DNA from: Nitrospinales bacterium
GTDB taxonomy: Bacteria > Nitrospinota > Nitrospinia > Nitrospinales > VA-1
NCBI GenBank assembly: GCA_965223795.1
Contig: CBDCXL010000002.1
Location: 2,528,001 to 2,592,000 of the forward strand
Direction: 5' to 3'
DNA: 64,000 nucleotides
Part shown: in pieces, positions 36,668 through 47,371 of the stretch
Layout of the letters: each line of letters opens with the position of its first letter
How positions within the stretch are numbered: the first letter of the stretch is position 1
The notes under the pieces: model-generated
Told to the model about the DNA's origin: nothing
Seen by the model: the letters and a program-made list of their open reading frames with translations, nothing else
Databases searched by the model: none
Made by a program: the position numbers and the translations under genes

Positions 36668-38917
36668 ATGCGGAAAATCAAAGACCTCACAGATGCGGTG
36701 CTGACGTACCACCCGGAAGCGGATGTGGACGTCATCCTCGACGCCTACCTGTATTCCGCCAAAGCGCACCGCGGTCAGAGCCGCCGTTCGGGCGAAGCCT
36801 ACATCTCGCATCCTCTGGAAGTGGCCTACAACCTGACGCTGCTCAAAATGGACGAGCAGACGGTGGCGGCGGGCCTGCTGCACGACACGATCGAAGACAC
36901 GCTGGCCACCCCCGAGGAAATTCAGGACCTGTTCGGCGAGGAAATCTACGGCCTGGTGGACGGCGTCACCAAGATCAGCAAGATGGAGTTTTCCAGCCGG
37001 GAAGAGAGCCAGGCGGAAAACTACCGCAAAATGATCTTCGCCATGGGCCGGGACATCCGGGTGGTGCTCATCAAGCTCGCCGACCGCGCCCATAATATGA
37101 AGACCCTGCAATCGCTGTCGGAAGAGAGGCAGCGCCGGATCGCCCGCGAAACCCTGGACATCTATGCCCCCATCGCCAACCGCCTGGGGATCGGCTGGCT
37201 GCGCTCGGAGCTGGAAAACGGCGCGTTCAAGTACCTCTACCCGGAAGAATACCGGCGCATGCGCGAGAAGGTGAAGGAAGGGGAGGCGGAACGCAAGCAG
37301 TACGTCGAAAAGGTCTGTTCCATCATCAGCGAAGAGCTGGAAGCGGCGGACATCAAGGCCGGTGTGGTGGGACGGCCCAAGCACCTGTTCAGCATCCACG
37401 TAAAGATGATGGCGCAGAACATCAGCTTCGAGGACGTGTACGACCTCATCGGCGTGCGGGTGCTGACCGATTCGGTCAAGGACTGCTACGCCATCCTGGG
37501 ACTGATCCATTCATTATGGAAACCGATTCCGGGCCGCTTCAAGGATTACATCGCGATGCCCAAGCCGAACATGTACCAGTCGCTGCACACGACGGTCATC
37601 GGGCCGGACGGGGAGCGGGTGGAGGTGCAGATCCGCACGCATGAAATGCACAAGATCTGCGAGGAAGGCATTGCCGCCCACTGGCAGTACAAGGAAAAGG
37701 GCGAGCGCAAGACGAAGCCGTTCGACAATCAGCTCTCCTGGGTTAGGCACCTGCTCGAATACCAGAAGGACCTCAAAAATCCCAAGGAATTTCTCAACGC
37801 GTTCAAGATCAATCTGTACCCGCACGAGGTCTACGTGTTCTCGCCGAAGGGGGACGTGATCGCGCTGCCGCACGGCGCCACGCCGGTGGATTTCGCCTAT
37901 GCGGTGCACACCGACATCGGCAATCACTGTCTCAACGCCAAGGTGGACGGCAAGATCGTGCCGCTGCGCTACAAGCTGCGCAACGGCAATCAGGTGGAGA
38001 TCATCACCAGCAAGCAGAAGCACCCCAGCCGCGACTGGCTGTCCTTCGTCAAGACCTCGCGGGCGCGCAACCGCATTGCCAATTACATCAACCACCAGGA
38101 ACGGGAAAAGAGCCTCAGCCTGGGCCGGGAACTTCTGGATAAGGAAATCCAGGAACACGGCCTGACGCCGTCGGAACTGCTCAAGGGCAAGCCCCTGGAC
38201 GACGCGATGCACGCCTGCGGCTACAATTCCTTCGACAGCCTGCTCACCGGAATCGGCGTCGGCAAGCTCTCCGCCCATCACGTGGTGGAAAAACTGCTGC
38301 CGCGCGAAATGTTGCAGGAACGCAAGAAGAAGGAAGAGGCGGCGCGCATCAAGCTCAAGGAGAAAAAGCCCCAGAAACCGGCCGAAAACGCCATCAAGGT
38401 CAAGTGCATCAACGAGGAAATCCTGCTACGGGTGGGCAAGTGCTGCAACCCGGTGCCGGGCGATCCGATTCTCGGTTACATCACGCGGGGCCGCGGCGTC
38501 ACGGTGCACCACATGGACTGCCCGAGTGTGAGCGACATAGGGCAGGAATCCGAACGGCTGGTGGAGGTCGAGTGGGACACCGGGCACAAGACGAATTACC
38601 CGACGCGGATTTCCATCGTCACCCAGGACAAGCCGGGGCTTTTGGCGAGCATCAGCAGCGTGCTGGCCGAATGCGACATCAACATCATCCGCGCCAACGT
38701 GCAGCAGGGGCCGAACAAGCGGGCCTACTTCGACCTGTCGATTGAAATTCAGAACCTGACGCAGCTCAACCAGACCCTGGAAAAGGTGCGCAAGGTGGAC
38801 GGCGTGATACATCTGGAGCGGGTGAAGGAATACCGGAAGAAAACGCTGAGGCGGGCGAAAGGCAGCGATCAGGAGGATGCGGTGAATTACGACGATCTGG
38901 AAGTCACGTTCAACTGA
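36668..38917 (+). CDS. relA: Bifunctional (p)ppGpp synthetase/hydrolase (long RSH)
   Basis: H.GQ.R.SGE.YI.HP, LHDTIED (intact HD), KLADR.HNM, RFKDYIA.PK.N.YQSLHT, TGS (TPVDFAY.VHT), KCCNPVPGD, ACT. Confidence 0.97.
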   Translation: MRKIKDLTDAVLTYHPEADVDVILDAYLYSAKAHRGQSRRSGEAYISHPLEVAYNLTLLKMDEQTVAAGLLHDTIEDTLATPEEIQDLFGEEIYGLVDGVTKISKMEFSSREESQAENYRKMIFAMGRDIRVVLIKLADRAHNMKTLQSLSEERQRRIARETLDIYAPIANRLGIGWLRSELENGAFKYLYPEEYRRMREKVKEGEAERKQYVEKVCSIISEELEAADIKAGVVGRPKHLFSIHVKMMAQNISFEDVYDLIGVRVLTDSVKDCYAILGLIHSLWKPIPGRFKDYIAMPKPNMYQSLHTTVIGPDGERVEVQIRTHEMHKICEEGIAAHWQYKEKGERKTKPFDNQLSWVRHLLEYQKDLKNPKEFLNAFKINLYPHEVYVFSPKGDVIALPHGATPVDFAYAVHTDIGNHCLNAKVDGKIVPLRYKLRNGNQVEIITSKQKHPSRDWLSFVKTSRARNRIANYINHQEREKSLSLGRELLDKEIQEHGLTPSELLKGKPLDDAMHACGYNSFDSLLTGIGVGKLSAHHVVEKLLPREMLQERKKKEEAARIKLKEKKPQKPAENAIKVKCINEEILLRVGKCCNPVPGDPILGYITRGRGVTVHHMDCPSVSDIGQESERLVEVEWDTGHKTNYPTRISIVTQDKPGLLASISSVLAECDINIIRANVQQGPNKRAYFDLSIEIQNLTQLNQTLEKVRKVDGVIHLERVKEYRKKTLRRAKGSDQEDAVNYDDLEVTFN

Positions 38918-39109
38918 TCAGCAGACCTTCGCCACTTTGCCGCCTTTGAGACAGCGGGTGCACACTTTCATCGTCCGCACGGCACCTTCATACATCACCC
39001 GGAGTTTCTTGAGGTTCGGGTTCCAGCGCCGCCGGGTGGTGTTGTTGGCGTGACTGACATTGTTGCCGAACATGGGGCCCTTGTCGCAGACCTCGCATCT
39101 TTTGGCCAT
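38918..39109 (-). CDS. rpmB: 50S ribosomal protein L28 (Cys-motif form)
   Basis: [28 protein letters not shown]...KVCTRCLK. Confidence 0.97.
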   Translation of the reverse strand: MAKRCEVCDKGPMFGNNVSHANNTTRRRWNPNLKKLRVMYEGAVRTMKVCTRCLKGGKVAKVC

Positions 39110-39202
39110 GAAACGCTCCTGTACGAAAATCGTTGTTTGAACAAAGATCCGATGCTACCATACGGAAAATTGAGCGGCAAGAAAATTCAGGGGATCCACG
39201 TG

Positions 39203-39436
39203 ATGCTCATCAGCAAAGACACCCGGATCAACGAAATCATCAGCGCCTATCCCGGCGCGATGAAGTTTTTCGCCGACCTCAATATGAGCTGCAGCCAGTG
39301 CTTCGCCGTCAAGTTCGACACGCTGGAAAACGGCGCCCTCATGCACGGCATGGACGTGAACGTCCTGATCGACAAGCTCAACCGGTTTCTCGCCTCGCAA
39401 AGCACACCGGCTTCCGCCTCAACGCCTCCCGAGTGA
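39203..39436 (+). CDS. DUF1858 / hybrid-cluster-protein-associated redox disulfide domain protein
   Basis: I.KD..I.EI...YP.A..FF....M.C..C.....TLE.GA..HG.D...L...LN. Confidence 0.88.
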   Translation: MLISKDTRINEIISAYPGAMKFFADLNMSCSQCFAVKFDTLENGALMHGMDVNVLIDKLNRFLASQSTPASASTPPE

Positions 39437-39573
39437 GCCGCTTTTTTTTCTCTGACTTGAAATTATTTGTTTGATTTCAGCTATTTATGTGATACTCTCC
39501 GGCTGCATGCACACTCTCAGGGTGCATCGGGAACGCACCGGAAACATGCGGCAGGATGAGGCGAGGCTGAGGA

Positions 39574-39891
39574 TCAGCCGAGGAATTTCGATTCGGAGAT
39601 GATGTCTTTGAGGATCTTCCCGGCCACTTCACGGCTGTCGACATTGAACCGTCCTTCGGCGATTTCCCGCTTGATGCGGTCCACTTTTTCCACGCGGACG
39701 GCGTCGGGTTCGGCTTTCACGGTGTCGATGGCGTTCTGCAGGGCCTTGGCCTGAGAAGACAACGCAGTGCGGTCCCCCCCCTGAACGGAGCCGGAAGAGG
39801 AGGCGTCTTTATCTCCTTTTCCAACGGGCTGCTTGTTGCCCACGCGCAGCTTGTTTTGAATGGCTTTGTTCTTGATTTCGGGGATTTCCAT
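39574..39891 (-). CDS. flgM: Anti-sigma-28 factor FlgM
   Basis: D...LS..A, VR.EKV..IK.EI..G.F.VD...VA.KI; sigma-28 promoter upstream. Confidence 0.9.
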   Translation of the reverse strand: MEIPEIKNKAIQNKLRVGNKQPVGKGDKDASSSGSVQGGDRTALSSQAKALQNAIDTVKAEPDAVRVEKVDRIKREIAEGRFNVDSREVAGKILKDIISESKFLG

Positions 39892-40014
39892 GACCGTCAC
39901 CTGAGGGAGCTTTGCAACTCCTGTTAATTCAATAATTTAGCCGAAAACAGCGCGTGTCGCAAGACACCCCGCCTGCGGCCATTCCACGTCAAAATACTCC
40001 CCCCGCACAGGATT

Positions 40015-40041
40015 GTATCGGCAAATTTAGGGAAAACTTAA
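40015..40041 (-). promoter_or_regulatory. Sigma-28 (FliA) promoter of flgM
   Basis: Minus strand TTAAGTTT-N11-GCCGATAC versus consensus TAAAGTTT-N11-GCCGATAA. Confidence 0.85.
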
Positions 40042-40207
40042 GTGTTTCCTGCAATAAGAATGGCTCATTTACGCCAAAATATCGGTTAAATCCGGGTTTG
40101 TCAAGGCTGGCCGTCCGCGTTGTGGGATGGTATTATTTTTATTCTTCCTGCCGTTTCCCGGCGGGAGCCTAAACCCGTTGACGATCAGCGTCTTATCCGA
40201 ACTGGCC

Positions 40208-40645
40208 ATGCCGTACAGAAATCCCACACCGACAGTCGACATCATCATCGAGATGGAAGCGGGGGGCGTCGTCCTGATCGAGCGGGCGAACCCGCCGCAA
40301 GGCTGGGCGCTGCCGGGCGGATACGTGGATTACGGCGAATCGCTGGAGCAGGCGGCGGTGCGTGAGGCGAAGGAGGAGACCTCGCTGGAGGTGCGGCTTT
40401 TGGGCCAGTTTCACACCTATTCCGACCCGGCGCGGGACACGCGCCAGCACAATATTTCGACGGTGTTCGTGGCGCAGGCTTCGGGGGCGCCGAAAGCGGC
40501 TTCCGACGCAAAGGCGCTGGGTGTGTTTTCGAAAGACAACCTGCCTGAACCTCTTGCCTTCGACCATGCGGCCATTCTCGAGGATTATTTTTCTATCCGG
40601 GAGCGGCAAAACGGAAGTCCGTTTTCCCGGCAGATGAAACCGTGA
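40208..40645 (+). CDS. NUDIX hydrolase
   Basis: [22 protein letters not shown] Nudix box; YSDP.RD.R.H, LAFDH. Confidence 0.93.
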   Translation: MPYRNPTPTVDIIIEMEAGGVVLIERANPPQGWALPGGYVDYGESLEQAAVREAKEETSLEVRLLGQFHTYSDPARDTRQHNISTVFVAQASGAPKAASDAKALGVFSKDNLPEPLAFDHAAILEDYFSIRERQNGSPFSRQMKP

Positions 40646-41577
40646 CGGCGCTGCGTTTATTTCTCCGGACCGCACTCCTGCGCAGGCTGGTTTTGCCCGC
40701 GGCGGTGATCCTGTTTTCACTCACATGTTTTGCCGAATCCCGCGCCCAGGAATCGGCGCCGAACCCTGCCTGGAACTACCTCAAGACGCTGACCGGCTTC
40801 GGCCCGCGTTATCCCGGAAGTCCGGGGCATGCCCGAACCATCGCCTTTCTCAAACAGGTGGGTGAACAATACGCCGATTCGGTGCGCGAGCAGGCGTTCA
40901 CGCATGACCGGTCCGGTGCGGAACCGCTGGCGCTGTCCAACGTCATTTTCACGTTCGTGGGGACCCGAAAGGGACCGCCGGTTCTCATCGGCACGCATCA
41001 CGACACGCGTCCGTTCGCGGATGAGGATCCGAACCCGGCCCTGCGCTCGCGCCCGATTCTCGGCGCCAACGACGGCGGTTCCGGAACGGCGGTGCTTCTG
41101 GCGCTGGCGGAGCATTTGAGCGCACACCGGCCGGAAAGGACGGTGCAACTGGTGTTCTTCGACGGCGAGGATCTGGGCGCCAAGGGTTCCGGTGAGAATC
41201 TGCTGGGGTCGATCCACTACGCCGACAGGCTCAGGGATACGGATGAAAAACCCTATTGCGTGCTGATCATCGACATGATCGGAGACCGCGATCTGGAAAT
41301 TTACCGGGAATCGTTTTCCGTCAAGAACGCGGCCTGGCTGGTGGATCTGATTTTCAAAGTCGCCAGGAAAAAAAACCTGCCTCAATTCAAAGACAAACTC
41401 AAATACACGATCTACGACGATCATTATCCGTTCATCGGGCTCGGCATTCCTTCCGTGGTGCTGATCGATTTCGACTACCCGCACTGGCACAAGATGACCG
41501 ACACGCTGGACAAATGCTCGCCGGAAAGCCTCGCTCTCGTGTTCGATGTGGTGGTGGAGGTGCTGAAGAAACTCTGA
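40642..41577 (+). CDS. M28 family peptidase / glutaminyl cyclase-like exported enzyme
   Basis: [45 protein letters not shown]. Confidence 0.9.
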   Translation: MTALRLFLRTALLRRLVLPAAVILFSLTCFAESRAQESAPNPAWNYLKTLTGFGPRYPGSPGHARTIAFLKQVGEQYADSVREQAFTHDRSGAEPLALSNVIFTFVGTRKGPPVLIGTHHDTRPFADEDPNPALRSRPILGANDGGSGTAVLLALAEHLSAHRPERTVQLVFFDGEDLGAKGSGENLLGSIHYADRLRDTDEKPYCVLIIDMIGDRDLEIYRESFSVKNAAWLVDLIFKVARKKNLPQFKDKLKYTIYDDHYPFIGLGIPSVVLIDFDYPHWHKMTDTLDKCSPESLALVFDVVVEVLKKL

Positions 41578-41586
41578 CCGCGGCGG

Positions 41587-42960
41587 TCAGCGGGGGATGC
41601 GGGACAGTTCCGAGCGTTTGCGCCGGGCTTCCGGATTTTCCGGGTCCATCTGCAGGATGATGTCGAGCTGCTTTCTGGCTTCGTCCACGTGGCCGCGTCC
41701 GTGATGGATCTCGTACAGTTTCCAGTGCAGGGAAAGAAAATCCACGCCCAGGCTGACGGATTTCTGGTAAGCCTTTTGCGCCTCGTCCCACTGGTTGAGG
41801 GAAAAGTAGGCGTTGCCGAGGTTGTAATGGGCGATGGCGAATTCCGGATCGAGTTCCAGGGTCTTCTGGATGTGGGGCAGCGCTTCATCGGCGCGGCCGA
41901 GCTTGTTCAGCGCCGCTCCCAGATTGGAGTGCGCCTGGATGAAATTGGGATAGTGCGCGATGGCCCGCCGGAACAGCTCCACCGCTTTTTCGATGTTGCC
42001 GCTGCGGAAATAATAGCCTCCCAGATTGGAGAGCGCCTCGGGAAACTTCGGATTGAGCCGGATCACCTTTTCATAACTCTGTGTGGTTTTGTCCGGCATG
42101 CCCAGATCCCGGTACGCCACCGCGCTGTCGTACAGGGCGAGGATGAATTCCGGGTCCAGGTTCAGGGCCTGGTTGAACAGTTCGAGCGCGCGGTCCGGAT
42201 CGCCTTGTGCGTAGAGGGCGAAATTGCCTTTGTAATACAGCGCTTCCTTGGCGGTTTTGTCTTCTTCCAGAATCTGACTCAGCGGGATCCTGCTTTTCGC
42301 CTTGAGATAGGGTTTGACCTCTTCGATGGGCAGCGCCAGGTTGATGGAACGCCCCTCCACGGTAGCGATGCCCAGCACCTTGTTGTCCTGGTTTAACAGC
42401 GGGCCGCCGCTGAACCCCGGTCCGAAAGGCGTGGTGGTGTAGATGTAGGAAAAATCGGGATACGCCTGCGGATGCACGCCGAGCACGTAGCCGAAGGTCT
42501 GCAGGATGATCTGTTTTTCGCCGTTCCGTTCCTCACTCACGTTGCGGGAGGGATACCCGAGCGCGCTGGTGTACTCGTAGGGCTTGAGACCGGCGGAGTC
42601 GGCCAGTTCCAGGGTGGAATAAAAGCCGTCCTTGAGCTTGAGCACGGCGAAGTCTTTTTTGCGGTCGATTTTGAGCGCCCAATCGACGGCGGCTTTGACG
42701 CCGTTGGGGAACAACGCCTCCACAGAGGCGGCGTCCACGAGCACGTGGTAATTGGTGACCAGGGTGCCGCCGGGATCGACCACGAAACCGGTGCCGGTGG
42801 AGACGGTGTTTCCTTCAGCGTCCTTTGCGGTCAAGAGAGCGACGGCGCTTTTGTTGGCTTCGAGGCCTGAGGCGCTGACGGGCAGCAACAGGCACGCGAA
42901 CAGGATGCAGAACCCTGCGAGACGATGGAGGCGGCTGTGCTGGAACCGGTAGCGATTCAT
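41587..42960 (-). CDS. Exported trypsin-like serine protease with C-terminal TPR repeats
   Basis: GTGF, TNYHV, DFAVLK, PGFSGGPL; TPRs follow. Confidence 0.9.
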   Translation of the reverse strand: MNRYRFQHSRLHRLAGFCILFACLLLPVSASGLEANKSAVALLTAKDAEGNTVSTGTGFVVDPGGTLVTNYHVLVDAASVEALFPNGVKAAVDWALKIDRKKDFAVLKLKDGFYSTLELADSAGLKPYEYTSALGYPSRNVSEERNGEKQIILQTFGYVLGVHPQAYPDFSYIYTTTPFGPGFSGGPLLNQDNKVLGIATVEGRSINLALPIEEVKPYLKAKSRIPLSQILEEDKTAKEALYYKGNFALYAQGDPDRALELFNQALNLDPEFILALYDSAVAYRDLGMPDKTTQSYEKVIRLNPKFPEALSNLGGYYFRSGNIEKAVELFRRAIAHYPNFIQAHSNLGAALNKLGRADEALPHIQKTLELDPEFAIAHYNLGNAYFSLNQWDEAQKAYQKSVSLGVDFLSLHWKLYEIHHGRGHVDEARKQLDIILQMDPENPEARRKRSELSRIPR

Positions 42961-43167
42961 GGGAGCGTTTCACTGGCGCCGTGTATTCCGTGCGGACGCC
43001 CGAGTGTGCGGTTTCGAAAGATGGTAATGATTCTATAAATTGCGGCTGGCGATTACAACCCCTTTCACTCCAAAGGCAAGATTAAATGATTCAATGGCTT
43101 GTTTGAAAGCGCCTGTGGGGGGAGCCGCATGCGGACGGGGGCTTCGGATACGGGGGAGGGCATGCCG

Positions 43168-43204
43168 AAAAAAAAAACGATGCTGCCCCGAAACCGGGGC
43201 AGCA
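43168..43204 (-). terminator. Rho-independent terminator
   Basis: TGCTGCCCCG/CGGGGCAGCA stem, then long T run on the minus strand. Confidence 0.75.
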
Positions 43205-43231
43205 CGGATGCAGTCTTTGGCCTGAAACCGG

Positions 43232-43645
43232 TTACTTGACCGTGATCATCACGGTGTCGGTCAGAGGCGGATTGTAGGGAACATGGTTTCCGGTGGCGAA
43301 CAGGGTGCGCAGGGTGTGCTTGCCGGATTCCAGCTTGAGTTCCTTGCAGGTGGAACCGTCGCCCATGTGCACGTGGTTGGCGTCTTTGCCGATCGGCTTG
43401 CTGAGATCCTTGGGAAGGTCCACGTCCACCAGAATGTGGTGATGGCCTTTGCCTTCGTTGACGCCTTTTTTAGCCGGCTCGACGGTGACGCCGGAAACTT
43501 CCATGCACACCTTGACCGGGCTGGAAACGGTCGCTCCGTCTTTCGGCTCGGAAATCTTGACCGAATTGCCGGCGCAGGCCGTGGCCACGATCATTGCAAA
43601 CAAGGTTCCCACAATCACCATGAACTGAATCGAAAACTTTTTCAT
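43232..43645 (-). CDS. DUF4399 domain exported protein
   Basis: P.DGATV.SPV.V, GHHHILVD, H.H.G.G, L..GKHTL, H.P. Confidence 0.88.
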   Translation of the reverse strand: MKKFSIQFMVIVGTLFAMIVATACAGNSVKISEPKDGATVSSPVKVCMEVSGVTVEPAKKGVNEGKGHHHILVDVDLPKDLSKPIGKDANHVHMGDGSTCKELKLESGKHTLRTLFATGNHVPYNPPLTDTVMITVK

Positions 43646-44139
43646 AATGCCCAGACTCCTAATAACAAATACGGGTTGTTAATTTGCCTCCCACGCCCGT
43701 TGATTAGTGACGTGGTTTGAATCGAACCGCACTGTGAGGCGGATCCTGCCACAGTCATCCTGAAACGAAACGCATTTAAGGGGATGGTTGGATCGATTCG
43801 CCCATTCTGACTGCCATCACTGTGCGTGAGGGAATCAATCCCTGTGGATGTTTCGCTCACAATTCGGGTTATCAGTCTGGGAGGATGTTCAGATCAACTT
43901 TCATTGACCTTACTATAAAAGAGATTCGATCTGGAAGTTTTTTTTGCGCCGCAGGATGAGCCCAAGTTGTCATGCCTGGCGGCAGCGCGCGTCCTTGCCA
44001 GCTTGTGTTCGGAGGCGCTATCCGGCATATCCACATGCTGAACAGAACGGCGTGCGCATTCCGTCCGATGCGTTGCACCCCGGTCTCCGGCGCTTGAGAG
44101 CGGGCTTTCCGCGGGTCGGCGGGAATCGCCGCATTTCGC

Positions 44140-44168
44140 TTGACATGGCGGTGAGAGTTCCCTAACCT
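44140..44168 (+). promoter_or_regulatory. Putative sigma-70 promoter with long leader before mrp
   Basis: TTGACA, 17 nt, TAACCT; about 220 nt before the start. Confidence 0.45.
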
Positions 44169-44388
44169 CATGTGTAAGCCACTCTATTACTTGTTTTTTG
44201 CGGCTCCGGAAAGCATTGTTTCGCTGCCGCGGAAAGCATGAGAACCGGGAAAAAAGCCGGGTACTTTCTGCAACCGAACGTTCAACACGCGCCGCAATCC
44301 TTCGCTGGAGTGCTTAAGCGGGGCAGGGCGGCCGCTCCCTGAACGTGAAATTCTTGAATTTTTTCAGATTTTCCAACACCAGGAGGTC

Positions 44389-45297
44389 ATGATGGTCGTA
44401 ACGGGAGAATGCAGGCTCCTACACACCTGTGAGATGTGTGAATTCAACAACGACACCGATTGCAAGGCCGACAAAAACGAGCACAACCGGTGGCTGGTGA
44501 ACCACCGGATGAACGATATCAAGCACAAGCTGATCGTCGGCAGCAACAAAGGCGGGGTTGGCAAGAGCACCGTGACCACGAACCTCGCCATCGCCCTTGC
44601 GGAGAAAGGCTACGCGGTGGGACTCGCGGACGCCGATCTGCACGGTCCCAATATCCCCAAGCTGCTCAATGCCGAGAGCGTTCGTCTCAAAGCCACCGAC
44701 GAGGGGATCGATCCCTACGAGACGCGAAACGGGCTGAAAGTGGCGTCGCTGGGCTTTCTGATCGAAGACCCCAACATGCACATCGCCTGGCGCGACGCGG
44801 TGAAATACGATTTCATCATCGAGCTTCTGGGTAACATCCACTGGGGCAAGCTGGATTATCTGCTCATCGATCTGCCTCCAGGAACCGGCAACGAGCAGAT
44901 CACCATCATCGATTTCATCGGAGAAGTGGATGGCGCGGTGGTGGTGACGACTCCACAAGATTTGGCGCTTCTGGACGCGCGCAAGATGATCTCCTTCGCG
45001 CGCGACAGCAACGTGCCCATCGTCGGGATCATCGAGAACATGAGCACGCTCACCTGTCCGCACTGTGAAAAGGACATCGACGTGTTCAAAAAGGGCGGCG
45101 GCGAAAAGCTGGCGCAGGAGCTGGTGCTTCCGTATCTCGGCAAAATCCCGCTGGATGCGGAAATCACCATACGTTCCGACAGCGGCGAACCGGTCGTGCT
45201 GTCGCGTCCCGATTCGGCGGCGGCGAAGGCGTTTCTCAATCTGGCCGATAACTGCCACAAGTTTCTCAACCCGGAACCGTCCATCGCGGCGGGCTGA
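44389..45297 (+). CDS. mrp: Mrp/NBP35 (ApbC) Fe-S cluster carrier ATPase
   Basis: KGGVGKST, DAD.HGP.IP, WG.LDYL.ID.PPGTG, VTTPQ, ENMS...CPHC. Confidence 0.93.
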   Translation: MMVVTGECRLLHTCEMCEFNNDTDCKADKNEHNRWLVNHRMNDIKHKLIVGSNKGGVGKSTVTTNLAIALAEKGYAVGLADADLHGPNIPKLLNAESVRLKATDEGIDPYETRNGLKVASLGFLIEDPNMHIAWRDAVKYDFIIELLGNIHWGKLDYLLIDLPPGTGNEQITIIDFIGEVDGAVVVTTPQDLALLDARKMISFARDSNVPIVGIIENMSTLTCPHCEKDIDVFKKGGGEKLAQELVLPYLGKIPLDAEITIRSDSGEPVVLSRPDSAAAKAFLNLADNCHKFLNPEPSIAAG

Positions 45298-45607
45298 CGC
45301 ACGGGTCTTATAGCTGTGCCGGCTCCTGCCACGGGTGTGACGCGAGTGCCGGGAACGGGGCCGGAGCGTTTGCGGATTCCGCCGATCCGGCGGGAAAAAC
45401 GTGTGTCCACAGCGGCTGCACGCTGCCCGGTTTGCTCCCGCAAGATCCCTCTTTCCAGCGATTTTCACGCTGAATTTTTCCGCCCTGCCGCGGAACAATC
45501 TGATTGCGCGCAGCCCCTCAAGTGCGAGATAATAAAGTATCAAGGAAAGTGAGGACCGGACTTTCCTGAGGGTTTGATTTTTCCGCAACACAACCAAGAC
45601 CGCTTCC

Positions 45608-46681
45608 ATGATGTTTCGCCGATTCGTATTTTTTGCCTGCCTGCTGGCTCTTTTCCTTTCTTTTCCGCAACCGGGGATCGCCGATTCCAACAACGGCAAG
45701 ACGTTCACCAACAATCCCGTGGTGGCCACGGTGGACGGCGAGCCGATCATGATGGACGACGTGAAAAACGCCCAGATCCACGATGCGATGGCGCAGCTGC
45801 ATAAAATGCAGAACCGGGCGTTGAAAGAAAAGATTCTGCAGATCCTCGGAAAGAAATATCCCGAGATCATCGACGAAGAGCCGCCGGAAGTGCGGGAATC
45901 GGACGTCGCCAAGTTCTACCGGGAAACGCCGGGCGTGAAGGATCTCGGCAGTCTGGAGAGCATGCGGGAGGAAATCCGCGAATACCTCGAGCGGGTTTCC
46001 CATGCGACCTACATCGAAAAAAAATATCAGTGGGCTTTGGAAAACAAGCTGGTCAAAGTCTATTTGAAACCGCCGAGCGATTTTCATGTGGTGGCGGGGA
46101 TCGGCACGGCCATGCTGGCGTTCGATCCGGAACCGAAAAAATCCCGCAAGGTGTTCGTGCTGGAGTACTCCGATTTCGAATGTCCGTTCTGCAAGCGCGT
46201 GCAGGACACGCTGCGCAAGCTCAGGAAGGAATATGCCAAAGACGTGCAGTTCGGCTACCGGCATTTTCCCCTGCCGTTTCACAAAGGCGCCAAGTACCTG
46301 GCTGAAGCGGTGGAATGCGCCCGCGATCAGGAGCGTTTCTGGCAGATGCAGCGGATTCTCTATGAAAAGGTCGACAACACGTCGCCGCTGGCCGGCAAGG
46401 AAGTGGTTGCACTGGCCAAGGACGCGGGAGTCAAAAAGCTCGACGCATTTCAATCCTGCCTGAAAACCGGCAAGTACAAGGAGCGGGTGCAGAACGACGT
46501 CCGCGAAGGGCTCCGGCTCGGCATCCAGGGCACGCCCACCTTCATCCTCGGCCTGTATGATTCGGAATCGGGCAACGTATCCGGCGAAATGTTTTCCGGC
46601 GCGGTTTCCCAGGAAAAATTCATCGAGGCCATCGAGAAATACCTGTCTCTGTCCCGCGCCGAAGCGAAACTGATCCGCTGA
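45608..46681 (+). CDS. DsbA-family (thioredoxin-fold) exported protein
   Basis: EYSDFECPFC, YRHFPL, GIQGTPTF. Confidence 0.9.
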   Translation: MMFRRFVFFACLLALFLSFPQPGIADSNNGKTFTNNPVVATVDGEPIMMDDVKNAQIHDAMAQLHKMQNRALKEKILQILGKKYPEIIDEEPPEVRESDVAKFYRETPGVKDLGSLESMREEIREYLERVSHATYIEKKYQWALENKLVKVYLKPPSDFHVVAGIGTAMLAFDPEPKKSRKVFVLEYSDFECPFCKRVQDTLRKLRKEYAKDVQFGYRHFPLPFHKGAKYLAEAVECARDQERFWQMQRILYEKVDNTSPLAGKEVVALAKDAGVKKLDAFQSCLKTGKYKERVQNDVREGLRLGIQGTPTFILGLYDSESGNVSGEMFSGAVSQEKFIEAIEKYLSLSRAEAKLIR

Positions 46682-46832
46682 ACGCACGCGGTTCCCGTTA
46701 AGGTTTTCACATTCCCGATGAACCATGATCTATTTCATCGTCCATCCCAAAAGGGAGCGGCGGCCGCGCCCGCATGCGGTGCGTCCGACCCTTCGGCGCC
46801 CCCGGTTTCAGATACCCTGGCGGTTGCCCCGA

Positions 46833-47348
46833 ATGCTCAAAGCCGGGCTCTCAGCGGGGCTTATCGTGTGTCTTTGGGGGCAGCCGGCTCCGGCCTTTGA
46901 CCCCTTCAAGGCGTTCTCACCCACTCAAAAAACCGAATCCGTCCTCAAGGTTCAGACTCTGGTTGAGCCGGAATCCCTGAAACCCAGGGACCCGGTGCGT
47001 CTGCATCTCAGGGTCACCCTGGCAGCGGGCTGGCACATCTATTCCCTGAAGGCGACGCAGCCGGAAAGTCTGGCCACCAGCATTCAGCTTGAAAGCGGGG
47101 GGCTGCTCGGGCCGGGGAAATGGCGGGAGTCCGAGCCCCGGATCGCGCACGACGGCGCGCTGGACAAGGTCGTTGCGATCCACGAAGACTTCGTGGAATT
47201 TGACTGGCAGGGCCGGGTGGCGGAAAATGTCCAGCCGGGCACTCATGCGCTGGCGGGCGAGATCGTGTTCCGCGCCTGCGACAACCGGGTCTGCACGCTT
47301 CCCCGGAAAACGGCGTTCACCGCAGAGTTCACGGTCCTTCCCGACTGA
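46833..47348 (+). CDS. DsbD N-terminal (Ig-like) domain protein
   Basis: GWHIYS and F.ACDNRVC.LP motifs; start uncertain (46725 or 46833). Confidence 0.8.
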   Translation: MLKAGLSAGLIVCLWGQPAPAFDPFKAFSPTQKTESVLKVQTLVEPESLKPRDPVRLHLRVTLAAGWHIYSLKATQPESLATSIQLESGGLLGPGKWRESEPRIAHDGALDKVVAIHEDFVEFDWQGRVAENVQPGTHALAGEIVFRACDNRVCTLPRKTAFTAEFTVLPD

Positions 47349-47371
47349 ACGGGTGAGGGCAAAAACCGATC

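Noticed and set aside
43646..44388. Riboswitch (for example c-di-GMP-I) in the long DUF4399-mrp intergenic region
   Set aside because: I could not identify the conserved core motifs; an Rfam scan is needed to exclude it fully
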